DNA from: a virus
Lineage: Duplodnaviria > Caudoviricetes
DNA length: 37,018 bases
Strand: one strand, 5' to 3'
Virus record (IMG/VR): IMGVR_UViG_3300005713_000010
Span: 1 to 37,018 of that record
Of the stretch, positions 19,769 to 30,500 are shown piece by piece (within the stretch, counting starts at the first letter, position 1; every line of letters begins with the position of its first letter). Both the position numbers and the translations under genes were made by a program. The notes below the pieces were generated by a model. That model saw nothing but the letters and a program-made list of their open reading frames with translations. It had not been told where the DNA came from and searched no databases.

Positions 19769-20190
19769 GATATGGCGAAGAGGCCCGCTACGCTGATGAT
19801 GATTTTGTTGGCGCAAAGGGGACAGGTCTTAGTTCTGATGAAACGCGGCAGGTTCAAGACATTCTGCGGACAAGCGACATTAACCAGAGTTTCTATCCGC
19901 AGATTACCGCCGATCAGAATGATTATCCACTGCTTGATTCCGTCACGCACCTGTTCACGACCGACGCGAGCCATACAATCACCGGCTTTGCCAACGTCGG
20001 GGCCGGCCTTCGATTGGTCGCCAACGTCGGGGCTCAAGACCTGGTTTTGGCCAATAATAATGGGTCGAGCGCGGGGGCGAACCGGATTTTTACCCATACG
20101 GGCGCAAACCTTACGATCAACGCAGCCGAATCACTTCTGATCTACTACGATTATACCAATATCTGTGTCCGAACGGTGGGGGGCGTCTGA
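19765..20190 (+). CDS. Virion protein with fibre-tip-like small beta domain
   Basis: GTGA overlap; TITGF...VANVGAQDLVL...SAGANR...LIYYD. Confidence 0.55.
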   Translation: MRYGEEARYADDDFVGAKGTGLSSDETRQVQDILRTSDINQSFYPQITADQNDYPLLDSVTHLFTTDASHTITGFANVGAGLRLVANVGAQDLVLANNNGSSAGANRIFTHTGANLTINAAESLLIYYDYTNICVRTVGGV

Positions 20191-20627
20191 TGCTCACGCT
20201 TGAGCCTTTGCGAGAAGATCAGTACCGCCAGGTCGCGGAATGGGAATATGGCCCACAACCAGGCGGTACGGACTGGCGGCGCTACGCGGTCGAAATGAAT
20301 GCGCCGCAATGGACGCATTTTGGCTTATATGATGGCGCCGATTTCGTTGGCTGCCTATCGCTGGAAATGATTGCCCACAATATGGCCGCCTACCACGTCG
20401 TTACCGCCAGGAGGAAAATCCACCCCGATGCGCTGGCTCAAGTTTTACTCAAAACTGCGGAGGGGTTGTTTGATAGAGGATTCACGGCATTGTCGGCGCG
20501 AATCCCGATTGAGAAGCGCGCGGCCGCGCTACTGGCGCGCAGATGTCACATGGTTGAGTGGGGACACACGCCGGCGATTCGCTACTTCATATTGACAAAA
20601 GCGAGGTTTGGAAATGGGGAGCAGTAA
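20190..20627 (+). CDS. GNAT-fold acetyltransferase-like protein
   Basis: LTLEPLRE start, HFGLYDGADFVGCLSL, ARIPIEKRAAALLARRCHM; sits where podoviruses often carry a GNAT-like gene before the ejection genes. Confidence 0.6.
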   Translation: MLTLEPLREDQYRQVAEWEYGPQPGGTDWRRYAVEMNAPQWTHFGLYDGADFVGCLSLEMIAHNMAAYHVVTARRKIHPDALAQVLLKTAEGLFDRGFTALSARIPIEKRAAALLARRCHMVEWGHTPAIRYFILTKARFGNGEQ

Positions 20628-21096
20628 GCCAAAACCGATACAAGCGCCCTATGCAGGACAGCAACAGCAGACCAATACCTATGGTGGGTATTCAATCGCC
20701 GATACGCCGGAGGCGCAATCATATCTCGGCGTTCCCCTAGATGTTGATCCCGGCGTGGGGCGCCGTACCGACCTGGCCGAACAAGCCGCATACAACCGCT
20801 ACAACGCCAATTATAGCCCCGGCATATCGCCGGAATACCGCATGTCTCTGCGCGACGCCGAGATCCGCGACATTCGCTCTCAAGGCGCGGCCGAGGCGCA
20901 GCAAGCGAATTACGCGCGTAATTCGCTTGAGCTTGCGCGACGCGAGCGGCTGTTACCTCAGATACTGCAAACCGGCGGCAGCGGTTCGGCTTCTGGCTAC
21001 AATACACAGATCGTTCAACCGCAACCGGGATTCTGGCAAAGGGCTGCGCTCGGCGCGATTCAGGGCGCATCTTCAGGCTTAAGATTCGGAACATAA
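20614..21096 (+). CDS. Small internal virion (ejection/pilot) protein
   Basis: ATG 20614 after gagg; MGSSKPKP start, Q/A-rich, C-terminal G/A amphipathic segment. Confidence 0.55.
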   Translation: MGSSKPKPIQAPYAGQQQQTNTYGGYSIADTPEAQSYLGVPLDVDPGVGRRTDLAEQAAYNRYNANYSPGISPEYRMSLRDAEIRDIRSQGAAEAQQANYARNSLELARRERLLPQILQTGGSGSASGYNTQIVQPQPGFWQRAALGAIQGASSGLRFGT

Positions 21097-23235
21097 ATGT
21101 CAAACATCACGATCGGCGCGGCCTCTATATCAGGCTTCAACTCGAAGGACGTAGGCGCGGATGTGGCCTTGACCGGGTTAGTGGTGACGGTCGGCTCCGC
21201 GACCGTCACGGGGACATTTCGATCGCAGTGGATCGGGATGGGCGGATTCAAGATCCGATTCTCAACCGGAGTAACCTATACCGTGGCGAGCGTCGAGAGC
21301 GCGACCAGCTTGACCCTGACCACGACTTACGCCGAATCGAGCGGCACGGTCACCGGGACCTGGCGCAAATACGCCGTCCTGCGCGTCTACGTCCTGACGC
21401 CGTTTACGCCGTCAGGCGAAACCTACGTAGCTCAGTCGGGAGCGCCGGGCTCGCCTACCTGGTTTCGCCGCTATGCGGTCCCGGTGATCAGCGACGGGAC
21501 ACAACTCGTGGCTTACACGCCGGAGATCGTTTTACCGGCGACGACCAATTCAAATGTCCCGACCGCCCGCTATGCGGCGTCCATCTACGGTCAGTCCGGG
21601 GCCTTCCTTCAGTCATATCCCGGATGCGTGGACCAGTTTCAGTTAAATCATTTGACGACGCCGACCAGTTGGGCCACAGTCTGCGATTTCAATCGGCCTG
21701 CGCCCGCGGACCCGCCGCTCCAGGCGGTAAACTATTACACTCAGGCCCAGATAGACGCCCGTTTCCCGTCGGGATTGGCTGGACAACTAATCTATTTCCA
21801 GAGTACCGGCAACGTTCTAAGACCTCTCACTCCGAATCCAGCGCAATTCAGCATTTCCAGCGATATTCTGTCCATTTCATCTTCATCGAGCATAGTTAAC
21901 GGCCCAGCCACCGCGACAGACAACGCGATAGCGCGCTTCGACCTGACGACCGGGAAGTTGATTCAAAATAGCGCCGTGACCGTCGCCGATACGTCGGGAA
22001 GTTTCGCCGTGCCCGACGGATGGAGCGTCACGAATGTGGGCGGTACTTCTGTAACTCAAAACTCCACAGCGGTCGTGCTGTCAATGCCATCAACCTCGGC
22101 GAGCAGGGACGCGCTTGACATCAACGCCGTATCTCAAAATCAGGGAGTGGGGGGTCTTGGGCGCACTGTGACACTTCGAGCCACTTATAACCAGACCAGT
22201 ACCGCGAACAGTTCTGACCTGGACCTTGTTAGGACTGAAACGGCCGTAGGTTCGGGTCAACATAATTTCCTACGAGCGTTCAGAAATGGCGCGCTTCGAT
22301 TTCGAGTAGACAATCTAGGTAATCTGTATCCCGGCGTCGCCGGATGGTTTATCGGGGACGAGAACGGAAATGAAATCTTAAAATTCGTGGCCGGCTCCGT
22401 CTCCGCCGTTAATGAAATCACTCTGACCAACGCTGCTACGGGCGTTTTCCCGTCAATTTCGGCCTCCGGGGGTGATTCAAACATTGACATCACGCTTACG
22501 CCGAAAGGCACAGGTAAGATTCAGATAGGCGCGCCTGGCGGGACCCCTGCGGCAGGCGCGATAAGTGGGCCGGCCGCGACGGGGACGAATATCGCTGGCG
22601 CGGCGCTCGACCTCGCCGGTGGTTCAGGCACAGGCAACGCGGCGGCCGGACAACTCGCCGCGCGCTACCCGCTCACAGGCGCGAGCGGGTCAGCGGTTCA
22701 GTCGTTGAGCGCGAACCGGTATCCGATAGCCGCGAACATGTGGACGAACACATCGGGGACGGTTGTCGAAAACACGACGACCGAAACCACGGTGTTCGGT
22801 AACGCCTCCACCGGATCAACCCAGACGATCGAAGGAGGTATGGCGCGGGTCGGGCAGATTTACCGGGTCGAGATACGCGGAGTCTACACCACTACCGCCT
22901 CTCCGACGATGCGGATTCGGATCAAGATCGGCGGCTCCAATGTGGTGGACTTTGGCGCCGTCACGCTGGCGCCAGCGTCCGGCAGATTCGAGATCGTCGC
23001 AGATATTCACATTCAGGTGGTCGGCGCGACCGGGACCGCTTTCATTCAATACTGTTACTGGAATTTTACGAATGGGCTGTCAGGCACAGGCGCCCCCACG
23101 CATGTTTTCAGCGCCAACACCGCCACGGTAGATTTTACGACCTCGAAGCAAATTGATATAACCGCGCAGTGGAGCGCGGCGAGCGCAAGCAACACTTTTA
23201 CCTCATCCACTCAGCAAATTAATATCGTCAGGTAA
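21097..23235 (+). CDS. Tail fibre/receptor-binding protein (712 aa)
   Basis: S/T/G/A-rich; GPATATDNAIARFD..TGKLIQNS and NIDITLTPKGTG fibre motifs; C-terminal beta-sandwich. Confidence 0.72.
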   Translation: MSNITIGAASISGFNSKDVGADVALTGLVVTVGSATVTGTFRSQWIGMGGFKIRFSTGVTYTVASVESATSLTLTTTYAESSGTVTGTWRKYAVLRVYVLTPFTPSGETYVAQSGAPGSPTWFRRYAVPVISDGTQLVAYTPEIVLPATTNSNVPTARYAASIYGQSGAFLQSYPGCVDQFQLNHLTTPTSWATVCDFNRPAPADPPLQAVNYYTQAQIDARFPSGLAGQLIYFQSTGNVLRPLTPNPAQFSISSDILSISSSSSIVNGPATATDNAIARFDLTTGKLIQNSAVTVADTSGSFAVPDGWSVTNVGGTSVTQNSTAVVLSMPSTSASRDALDINAVSQNQGVGGLGRTVTLRATYNQTSTANSSDLDLVRTETAVGSGQHNFLRAFRNGALRFRVDNLGNLYPGVAGWFIGDENGNEILKFVAGSVSAVNEITLTNAATGVFPSISASGGDSNIDITLTPKGTGKIQIGAPGGTPAAGAISGPAATGTNIAGAALDLAGGSGTGNAAAGQLAARYPLTGASGSAVQSLSANRYPIAANMWTNTSGTVVENTTTETTVFGNASTGSTQTIEGGMARVGQIYRVEIRGVYTTTASPTMRIRIKIGGSNVVDFGAVTLAPASGRFEIVADIHIQVVGATGTAFIQYCYWNFTNGLSGTGAPTHVFSANTATVDFTTSKQIDITAQWSAASASNTFTSSTQQINIVR

Positions 23236-23239
23236 GACC

Positions 23240-24184
23240 ATGCCGATTTTCCCATACGACGAAGAGGAACGCCGCCGCCGGTCGCTTACTCCGGGGATCA
23301 ACCCCAACGCGCCGTCGCCGCCGAGACTGCCGGAAATCTCAATGCCGCGGCGCGTGTCGCCGCCTCCTATGACCAATATACCCGGCGATGTCGAAATGCC
23401 AGGCTCCACGAATCCGGCCCCGTCTATGGGAGAAGCCAGAGACGTGTATTTGAAGGGAACGCCGGGCAGGGGGAAGTCAGCATTGCTTGGCGCGCTGAGA
23501 GGCTTTGCGGGAGGGGGAGGCCTGGGCGGAGCGATAACGGGCGGGATCTACGGGGCCGCCGATCCGCGCGGACTGCGAGAGATGGAATTTAACCAGCGGG
23601 TCATGCCGAGGATCAGGGAAGAGGAGGCGTACCAGGGGCAACAACGCGCGCTCGGATTGCAAGAACAGGAACATAGAATGGCGATAGATCTAAATCGCGC
23701 GCGGATTGGCCAGATTGGCGCCGAGAACGTCGCGAGAGCTTCAGAGCTTGATTTGAGGCGTGAGAACGCCGCCAGGGAAGCGAGCCTTACTCGGAGCCAA
23801 ATTGACCTCAACGCCGCCAGGGCGGAGGCGGAGCGCGCCGGCCGTCCGGTTTATCAAGACCTTGTAGATACAGACGGTAAGATCCGGAAGTATCAGGTTT
23901 TTCCCGGCGGGAGAAAAGTCGCTGTGGGCGAATCGGGCGCCGCCGCGATCAGCCAAAAAGGCATCCAATCCCGCGAGAGGATAGCCGGGCAACGTGAAGC
24001 CGGGGTTAGCGCGCGCGCGGCCGAACGGCAAGGCGCCGCGCGGGCGAAACCGGGATCAAAAGGGGCGGCCTCGAAAGAAGATATTGATGAAGCCTTCCGC
24101 CGCGCCGGCGGACACAAAGCCGGCTGGACGCTCAAAGGGATGAAAAAACATTTCAAGGATCAAGGCTACACTGTCCCGGAATAA
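23240..24184 (+). CDS. Internal virion (ejection) protein
   Basis: Pro-rich start, Gly-rich hydrophobic ALLGALRGFAGGGGLGGAITGG, long R/E/A coiled coil. Confidence 0.55.
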   Translation: MPIFPYDEEERRRRSLTPGINPNAPSPPRLPEISMPRRVSPPPMTNIPGDVEMPGSTNPAPSMGEARDVYLKGTPGRGKSALLGALRGFAGGGGLGGAITGGIYGAADPRGLREMEFNQRVMPRIREEEAYQGQQRALGLQEQEHRMAIDLNRARIGQIGAENVARASELDLRRENAAREASLTRSQIDLNAARAEAERAGRPVYQDLVDTDGKIRKYQVFPGGRKVAVGESGAAAISQKGIQSRERIAGQREAGVSARAAERQGAARAKPGSKGAASKEDIDEAFRRAGGHKAGWTLKGMKKHFKDQGYTVPE

Positions 24185-24456
24185 TAGCCTTTGTCGCGCA
24201 GCCGCTTTCTATAGCAATAGCTTGATACCCAGGGCGGCGCAAGGACCAGCGTCGGCAGAGTAAAATACGCCCACTCGCGAGCGCTGGTATGATCACTCAG
24301 CCACGCGGCGCCGATCGCTATCGCGAAGATCATCGGGGCGATGATTGCGGCGCGTCTGCTTTTATAAAATCTCGTCGCATACAAAAATCCAATAGAGACG
24401 CCGACAGTCAAGAGCGCAATCGCTGATGTCACCACAGCCAATTCAAGCAGAAACAT
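24166..24456 (-). CDS. Antisense three-TM membrane protein (96 aa), possible superinfection-exclusion moron
   Basis: ATG at 24456 with GGAGG RBS; three hydrophobic segments; AT-richer; fills the gap between two ejection genes. Confidence 0.7.
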   Translation of the reverse strand: MFLLELAVVTSAIALLTVGVSIGFLYATRFYKSRRAAIIAPMIFAIAIGAAWLSDHTSAREWAYFTLPTLVLAPPWVSSYCYRKRLRDKGYYSGTV

Positions 24457-24478
24457 ATTTGACCTCCAATAAGGCCGG

Positions 24479-24508
24479 ATTCTAGGGCATACCATGCCAC
24501 AAGATCAA
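24479..24508 (-). promoter_or_regulatory. Putative sigma70-type promoter for the antisense membrane gene
   Basis: Minus strand TTGATC-N18-TAGAAT, overlapping the start of the giant gene. Confidence 0.45.
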
Positions 24509-27500
24509 TTTGACGTTGATAAATTTATGCGGGAGCGCCGCAAGCCTGTCGCTGAAAAGCAGCCCGCGGCCACTGAGGGGAGTTTCGATGTTGACACTTT
24601 CATGCAGGAGCGCCGCCAGCCGACACGCCCGAAGCCGCGCGCCTACATTCCACCGACCGAGCGCCAGGAGTTCGGCCGCCGGCCGCCGGCGCTCGATCAA
24701 GGAGTCTCGCGCTTTACCTTCAACCGTCCGAGTCCTGCGCCGCAGGTCTTGACGCCGGATCAGCCGGGCGCAGACTTCGCGGCGGCCGACATCGAACAGC
24801 GAAGGCGTGGGGAGGCTGAGCGCAGATACCGCGCGCAGGAGAAAAAGCCGCTGCTCACCCAATTAGGTGAGCAGGCCAGAACATATATCGCCGAAGGCGG
24901 CGGGACGCTCTCGAAGATGGCTCGCCAGACGGCCGAAGCGGGGGCGGGAGTCGCGCGGGGACTTCAAACCGGCAATTTCAGGCCTGTCCCGATTGAATCC
25001 TGGCGGCGGTTCGAGGCCGAACGCAACCCGGAACTTGAAGCCGAAGTGGCGCGCTATCGGCCGACCGCTCAACAGCAAATCGCTAGAGGAATTATCTCAA
25101 GCGCCCCGGTCGCAGGCGCCGCGGGATTGCTTACCGCGGCCACTGGCGGCAGCTTGCCCGCGGCGATGGCGGTAGGCGGCGGCCTCGGCGCGGCAGGGGC
25201 CGATTGGCAAGATCCGAGAAGGGCATTAACTCAGACGGCGATCGGGGCCGTCGCGCCGGTCCTCGGCGGCATGGCGGGGCAGAGAATCGGCGGGGCTGTC
25301 GCCAATAGATTAACTCAACCTTTGGCGCAAGCCGCGGCGAGGGCGGGCGGGGAAGTCTTGGGAGGCGGGGCAGGCAATGTGCTTGCTACAGGCGCTGAGC
25401 AATTGGCGTTCGATAGGCGATTGAATGTGCCTGAGTTGATCAAATCCGGTATTGTCGGCGGCGCATTGTCGGCGCCCGGAGCGGTCGGAGCGGCGAGCCG
25501 TAGGGCCGAAGGCGCGCGCGCGATGGCGCCACTAGTTGAAGGAGAAGTTGTACCCGAAGTCTTACCGCCTACTGAGCCTTTGGCCCGAACTCCCAGAGGC
25601 GCGATCATTGCGCAGCCTTCGACTTTATACGGCCGCAAATTATTGCCGCCTGCTTCGACTCAGCCCCTCCAGTATCCCGAAGTGCCTGTGACCCAGGAAA
25701 TGCCGGCGATCAGGCGGCGAATCACGGCTGAGAACGCGCCGACGGCGGAAATCCCCAGTACGTCTACGGAGCCAGAACAGATCCGCCCGACGGCGCGGTT
25801 TCCACGTGCGCCAATCGCGCCAGAACAGGTCCGCCAGACGGCGGAGCTTCCACGGGTAGCGCGGGGACCGGTCGCCCCTGAAACACCGCCAGAGCCCAGC
25901 CTTCAGCCAACCAGGCCCATTCCAAGACTACCTCAAGCTACCGACGAGAACATTCAGGCGCTGCGGGACAGGCGCGAAGAACTGGGCCGCATTGCTTACG
26001 ACCGCCGCGGCGACTTCACAGGTGATCTGCGCGACGAATTCGACAGGCTTAACAGCATTATCAGGGAATACGACCTCAAGCGCGCGCCGCGTGAGATAGG
26101 GGAACCACCAGGCCAACGTCCCGAAAAACCGATGACGCCGGAAGAGAGATCGCGGAGACGCGCGGCGCTCCAGCAGCGAACGGGACCGATGCCAGAAACC
26201 CTGACTGAAGGCCGGAAAATCACACAGGAATTTCAAGTGCCGGGGGGATTGAAACCGTCTGAGAGTTTCGCCTCGCGCGAAGACGCCCGCCAGGGTCATT
26301 TTGAGCAGTTCGACGATGCGGAACTGATACAGGAAATCGGCAGGCTGACAGAGGAGCGCAATAAAGGGCTCCGCGGGCAATCGAAACTGTCGCGCGCCGA
26401 ACTCGAAGCGAATAACTTCGATTTGAAAATCGCCGTAGAGATGCAGAAAGAACGCGGGTACATTCAACGGCAGATGGGCAGGGAAGCCGGGGAGAGGATC
26501 GCGACTCGCGCGCCAGGCCTTCCGCCTAAGAAGGTTCAGCCGCCACGGGCGGAAGCGGCGCCGCCAGTCGCCAAGTTCAAGGCCGAAGACATCCCGCAGG
26601 CTGGCGAGCATGGCGCCCTTGATAAGACCTCGCTTGATATTGAAACCCGATTCCGCCATTACCTGGCCGACAACTTTGACGAGGCGGTCACTCGCTACCG
26701 GGAGAAGTTCGGTAAGGAGATCAATACCGACAACGCGCGCGAGTTATCCGAAGATTACGCCAGGTCGGATGAGGCGCGCTCGCTTTATTCATCCGCGGTC
26801 CATGAGCCGTCGAGCTGGTTCGCGAAAGAGTTATATAAACTCGCGCTGAAAGAGAAGCCGAAGCCGGGCGAGGAGCCGATGGTACTGTTCACGGCCGGCG
26901 GGACAGGCGCCGGCAAGACTTCGACATTGGCGTCGTCGACGAAGATGGATACTGCGGTTCGGCGCAGCCAGATCATCATGGACGGCAATCTGAACAACCC
27001 CAAGAATGCTATCCAGAAGATAAATCAGGCGCTCGCGGCCGGCAAAAAGGTCACGGTCGCCGCCGTTTACCGTGACCCGATCGAAGCCTGGGTTAATGGC
27101 GTTTTGCCGCGGGCGGAAAAGCGAGGGAGGGCAGTCCCGGTCAATGTTCATATCGCGACGCATTCGGAAATGCGCCAATCGCTTATTGAACTAGCGGCGC
27201 ACTACGCCAATGACCCGCGAGTCGAGATCGGATTTATGGATAATACCCACGGAATGAACAATGCGCGGGACGCGAACATTGATATTTTCCGTGAAATAAG
27301 CGATACTAAGGCGCTGCGAGAGCGGCTAGTTAAAGAAACGAAGGAAGCTTATGCCAAAGGACGAATCAGTCAACGAGTCCTCGCCGGTTCTCTCGGAGGA
27401 GGAGAAGTATCGCCGGGCGCTGAAGAAGTCGGAGGAAGGCCGGCCGTTAGCGCGAGAGTTGGCCAGACAGCTAAATTACAACCTGTCCCACAAGGTAGAC

Positions 27501-30500
27501 CCAGACCGCCGGATACAGCCAGAGCCGCCGAAGACCTCAGAAGAGGCGTTCCTGAGCCGGTTGCGCCAGGCCGACGAGCTGGAGGGGACGAATCCACCCT
27601 CACCATACCCAGGGGAGAAGACCGCCCCGTCAGGTACGAAGTCAGGGAGTTAGCCGACCTCCAGCCTTCGCACGACCCGTTTACTTTTCAGAAGAATCCG
27701 AAATATCCCTACGTCAACGACCGTGACTACACGAGTCCTGCGAATCGCACGGATGTCGAGGAGAACACGAAGGCCGGCAAGTTCAAACCGCCTTTGGTTA
27801 TCAATGATGACCCGACCGCGGCCGGCGGGCCTCCCATCATCCGCGATCATGGCGCCGTTTTGGGCGGCAACAGCCGGACGATGATGATCGCCAGGATCTA
27901 CAAGAATCATCCCCAGGACGCGCAAAAGTACAAAGACTTATTGACGAAGAAAGCCGCCGGGTTCGGCATTGCCCCCGGCGAGTTGGCCAACTTCAAAGAG
28001 CCAGTGTTAGTGAGGGTAGACCAGGGCGCGGGCGACACGCAGAAGTTAATCACAGGCCTGAATATCATGCCCGGCAAGGCGATGACCTCGACCGAAGCCG
28101 CCAGCGCGCGGGCGAAATCAATGTCCGTCGAGACGCTTGACTTCCTCGCCTCCCGGCTGGCCGCGGAAGGACCGGAAGGCACGCTTGCGAACGCCCTTGA
28201 AGGGGCGAAGGGCGTCAGGGTGATAAACCGATTGATTGAGGATGGCGTTATCCCAGCGGGTGAACGCAATCGCTATCTGTCCGACCAGGGCAATCTGTCG
28301 CCGGCCGCAAAGACTGAGATCGAACAAATGCTGCTCGGCCGCGTCTTTCGCGACCAGGCCCAGATGAAAGCCACCCCGCCCGAGATGCGCAACAAACTCG
28401 TGCGCGTGGCGCCGCAGCTCGGAAAGATGGCCGGGACCGAGTGGGACATCACGGGCCTGCTACCGAACGCCATCGAGGCGGCGAGAGTCGCGAAGGAACA
28501 AAAGCTCGACCTCGAAATGCTCAATCGTCGCGGCAACCTCTTTGGCGAAGGCGTCCGGTATTCGCCCGAGGAATTGGCCATCGCCGGCCACTTGAAAGAT
28601 AAAGGTCCGGCTCAGATTGAGAAGGTATTTAAACGCTACGCGGCGGAGTTTGAAAGCGCCAGAGCAGGCCGCGGATTATTCGGCGAGCCGCCGTCACAAA
28701 AAGAGGCGTTTAAAGATGTCTTTCAGCCCGAAAATGGCGGGCACATTATGGGCGGCATCTTTGGCGGCCTGCAACCGCTATTTAAGGGAGCAAGACTGCC
28801 CGGCCGCGCGGAAGTATCTGAAACTGTTGGAGGCCTCCAGACTGCGGCGCAACTCGGCAACCCTCGATTTGTCATTCGCAACATCTTGCAGAATTTCACT
28901 TACGGCAAGCAAGAACGCGCGGCCACGCGGTTAGCGGCGTCGCTCGATTGGGCGTTTAGCAAATTCACAGGCAAGCCGCGCCAGATCACGCAGCCTGGGG
29001 GAAGCGATCTCGCGGCTTACGTCCGCAACTGGCGCAGGGCAGTCAGAGCCTACAAGGCCGGCCAACCGTTACCGGGCGGAGCGACCCCCTTGCAGCACAC
29101 TGCCAGCGCAAACAAGATAGATAAAGCCGTCACTAAGCTAATGACCTGGATTAACGAGATTCCGGACAGCGCGAACTGGCAGACGAGGTTTGATGATTCG
29201 CTTATATCAATCGTGGAGGCGTCAACAAAGTCAAAATCGAAATTGAATGTAACTGACGCCATAGATCAGGCGACGGCGGAAGCGAACCGGGCGGCGCTGA
29301 GAGATCCCAACTTCGCGTCCCGCGCGCTGCTCCTGATCAAGCAGGGGCTTAATAAGGCCAGCTCGCCAATTTTCGGAACCGACCAGTTTGGCGCCGGTGA
29401 TTTTCTCGTGAAGTACGCGCAGACGCCTGGCGCGTTGCTCAAGCGAGGGCTCGAACGCTCGCCCCTGGGGCTGTTTCAAGTCGCCAAAGAAGCCGCCACG
29501 CCAGGTCCATACCGCCGGCGTAATACGCTGCTTGCGCTCTCGCGAGTAGCTGAGGGAGCGGTTACAGGAGTCGGCCTCGGCGCCGCTCTCGGCGCCGCCG
29601 GCGTGCTGATCGGTCCGGAAGAAGAGAGCAAGACAACCAGGACTATGGAGCGTGAAGAGGGCGTCAAGGGTTATTCTCTCAACGCCTCCGCCCTTGGCCG
29701 CCTGATGACGGGCGAATCAACCGAAATGCGGACGGGCGACAATCTTTACTCGATAGACTGGCTCCAGCCGTGGGCGATGAATCTATCGGCCGGCGCGGCG
29801 CTCTCCAGTTTGTACAAGCAAGGCAAACTCGGCGTCGGGCGCTCAGCCGAGGCCGCCGGCCAGGCCGTCTATGACAGCCTGTCGAAGACGCTCGACATCA
29901 TGGGTGATCAGTCGGTTCTCAAGAATATGTCACGCTATTTGGACAAGGCGCAGGGCGAGACCTTCTCGGAAAAGTTTTTGAACTTCGCTAAAGCGGTTGG
30001 CCTCGATGTCCCGTCCAGTTTCGTGCCGTCCAGTCTGCGCGCCGCCAGGCAAGTAATGGACCCGTTCGAGCGCGACGTGCGGCCGGAAGACAGGCGAGGC
30101 GTCGGGGGCTTTGCGAAAGAAGCCGCAGGGCGAGCCCTGGCGCAAATACCGGGCATCTCTGAACGGTTCGCGACGCGGCCGAGTCTGCTGACCGGTGAGG
30201 CCAGAAAGACGGCGCTCGGGGAAATGAGCGTGCCGGCGCGGGTCGCCGCGCAGTTCTCGCCGGCGAATGAGTCAACCTATACGCCGCGACCGGTGGCCAG
30301 GGAGATCAGCCGCCTGAACCGCGCCGGCGAGAAAGTCTCTGTCGAATTCCCGCGGCCGAAAAAAGGCGAGATGACATCGGACCTTCGCGTCCGTGAGCGG
30401 CGATTCGCTCAATACTTCTCGCGGATGTCCGCTGAGTTGATTCAAGACGATTTCTACAAGGAGGCCGACAACGAAACGAAGGCCGCCGCGTTCGCTGGAC

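Noticed and set aside
21228-21899. 223-aa overlapping ORF in the fibre gene
   Set aside because: R/D/H/G-rich composition expected of a shadow frame of GC-rich coding DNA.
24510-28934. Other alternative-frame ORFs in the giant gene (24510, 24867, 26610, 28617 on +; 25928-26659 on -)
   Set aside because: The plus-strand ones give R/S/P-rich shadow-like products and the minus-strand one is antisense to a well-biased gene; none showed an evident RBS or promoter, unlike 27351-27653.
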